Notes under the pieces: model-generated
What the model saw: only the letters and a program-made list of their open reading frames with translations
Told to the model about the DNA's origin: nothing
Database searches by the model: none
Program-made: the position numbers and the translations under genes
Shown: piece by piece, positions 62,519 through 64,000 of the stretch
Position numbering within the stretch: the first letter of the stretch is position 1
How the letters are laid out: every line of letters begins with the position of its first letter
Assembly: GCA_038845975.1 (NCBI GenBank)
Contig: JAWBQF010000015.1
Span: 1 to 64,000, forward strand
Origin: Candidatus Methanomethylicia archaeon
GTDB taxonomy: Archaea > Thermoproteota > Methanomethylicia > CALHIW01
Direction: 5' to 3'
Length of the DNA: 64,000 nucleotides

Positions 62519-63370
62519 CTATGGTTTACTTTGGTTTTTACTGAATATGTTTTCAATCTTTTCAACAATACTCATGAAGGCTTTAGCTGCTGGTGTTTCG
62601 TAATATTCAACTATGAAGGGAACACCCTTATCCGATGCTTCACATATTCTCTGGTCTAGAGGAATTCTACCGAGAAATTCTATACTCATATCCTTAGCTA
62701 TTCTTTCACCACCACCATACCTAAGTATGTTTATTTCTACCCCACATTTTGGACATATAAATCCACTCATATTCTCAATAATACCGATTATTGGTAGGTT
62801 AAGCATTCTACAGAATGATACAGCCTTTCTTACTACTAGCTGAGAAACCTCTGATGGAATTGTTACTATAACTACTCCATTTATGCTTGGTATGGATTGA
62901 GCAATGGTTAAAGCTTCATCTCCGGTTCCTGGAGGTAAATCTACAAGTAGGTATTCAAGATCTCCCCATACAATCTCTGCAAGAAACTGCCTAATTGCTG
63001 ATGCCTTCATAGGTCCTCTCCAAATAACTGGAGTTTCATCATTTGGTAGAAGATAATCCATGGAAATGATTTTTATACCTAGAGGACCTATAGCTGGAAA
63101 TATTCCAGGTGGACCGACTGATAAAAACTGTTTTCTAGCATTAAGAATTTTAGGTATGCTAGGACCGGTTATGTCAGCATCTAAAACACCAATAAGATTT
63201 GGTCTACCATGCCATGCAAGAGCTAATGCAAGATTTGCTGTAACAACACTTTTACCAACACCACCCTTACCACTTAAAACAACTATTTTACGCTTAATCT
63301 TACTCATTCTAGTCTTTATCAACTCGTTAATCTCACTGATTTCCCTCATCTTCTCCTCATCACCACTCAT
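62519..63370 (-). CDS. mrp: Mrp/NBP35 Fe-S carrier ATPase
   Basis: SGKGGVGKS, DADI.GP, WRGP, DLPPGTGD, ENMS..CPKC. Confidence 0.93.
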   Translation of the reverse strand: MSGDEEKMREISEINELIKTRMSKIKRKIVVLSGKGGVGKSVVTANLALALAWHGRPNLIGVLDADITGPSIPKILNARKQFLSVGPPGIFPAIGPLGIKIISMDYLLPNDETPVIWRGPMKASAIRQFLAEIVWGDLEYLLVDLPPGTGDEALTIAQSIPSINGVVIVTIPSEVSQLVVRKAVSFCRMLNLPIIGIIENMSGFICPKCGVEINILRYGGGERIAKDMSIEFLGRIPLDQRICEASDKGVPFIVEYYETPAAKAFMSIVEKIENIFSKNQSKP

Positions 63371-63578
63371 ATAATCACCTAGTAACTAAATCCACTCATA
63401 TTTAGTGGAATATATAGTTTTAGCTAATACTAACCTCCATAAATAGGGTAAAGATACTCCTAGGTATTTTACAGCTTAGTGAACTATAAGTGATATTTTG
63501 TTCTTCATAGTTTATATCTCCAAGATTTTCTATAATAGTAGTCATTTTATATGAAGCGCCCAACTTAATAGAGTAAAA

Positions 63579-63839
63579 TTATTTTTTAGTAATTCTTCTT
63601 AATTCTTCAATTCTTGCTTCAACACTTTTAAGTTCATCTTCAATATCTCTTAAATCCATTTCAAGATCTCTTTTATATTCTTCAAGCATTTTAAGTTCGT
63701 CTTCGGGGCTTATAGGTGGATACATTGGACCTGGCTGTGGAGGATACTGCTGTATTGGGGGATAATGCCATCCATGCCATGGATAATACATTGAGCTTAA
63801 ACATCTACGCCACCATCTTCTAGGATACCAGTAGCTCAA
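63579..63839 (-). CDS. DUF5320-like Pro/Tyr/Trp-rich protein with C-terminal coiled coil
   Basis: TTG start 63839 after GGTGG; EDELKMLEEYK..LE...IE.RIEEL. Confidence 0.7.
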   Translation of the reverse strand: MSYWYPRRWWRRCLSSMYYPWHGWHYPPIQQYPPQPGPMYPPISPEDELKMLEEYKRDLEMDLRDIEDELKSVEARIEELRRITKK

Positions 63840-63841
63840 AC

Positions 63842-64000
63842 TTACCACCAAGTATATGGTGTCATCCACGGTACTGGCCTATACCATGGCATAAACCAGA
63901 ATGGAGTATACCCCCACTGCCATGCATATGGTCCGAATAGCCACCAGCATGCTCTCCTACCATATAGCCATCCAGGTCTCATCCATGGTGGTAGATAGCT
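63842..64000 (-). CDS. partial Trp/Pro-rich small protein (DUF5320-like)
   Basis: Not in ORF track: SYLPPWMRPGWLYGRRACWWLFGP...PYTWW*; runs off window. Confidence 0.7.
   Translation of the reverse strand, partial: SYLPPWMRPGWLYGRRACWWLFGPYAWQWGYTPFWFMPWYRPVPWMTPYTWW

Noticed and set aside
686-63374. Numerous short ORFs antisense to well-supported genes (e.g. 686, 8642, 16134, 17837, 21690, 40359, 43919, 51717, 63060)
   Set aside because: Shadow ORFs on the opposite strand with no motifs
1-64000. CRISPR arrays, cas genes, tRNA, rRNA, provirus
   Set aside because: No spaced repeats, T-loop/cloverleaf motifs, long GC-rich RNA tract, integrase or capsid genes seen by eye

Overview
AT-rich archaeal DNA (BRE/TATA promoters, tungsten AOR, SAMP, PGI/PMI, PaREP1, archaeal ATPase, C/D box sRNA; probably a thermophilic TACK-type organism, by inference). 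About 45 intact, mostly metabolic genes, interspersed with decayed IS6-family elements (six copies of one ~700-bp element plus two others), two IS6-type MITE families and several gene relics. The main find is a ~16-kb cluster (16-32 kb): LeuBCD-like enzymes, MFS, family I CoA-transferase, CitE-like lyase, two MaoC hydratases, acyl-CoA dehydrogenase, TAXI-TRAP transporter and MmgE/PrpD. This mirrors bacterial itaconate/methylsuccinate (C5-dicarboxylate) catabolic operons. Also found: an unannotated double-guide C/D box sRNA apparently targeting 23S rRNA, a stand-alone AEP primase-like gene beside a macrodomain gene, an ATP-grasp enzyme with a large insert, a SAMP ending GG-N, and a radical SAM gene whose CxxxCxxC motif lies upstream of any in-frame start. 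No CRISPR array, tRNA or rRNA was seen. All calls come from motif recognition by eye; no searches were run.
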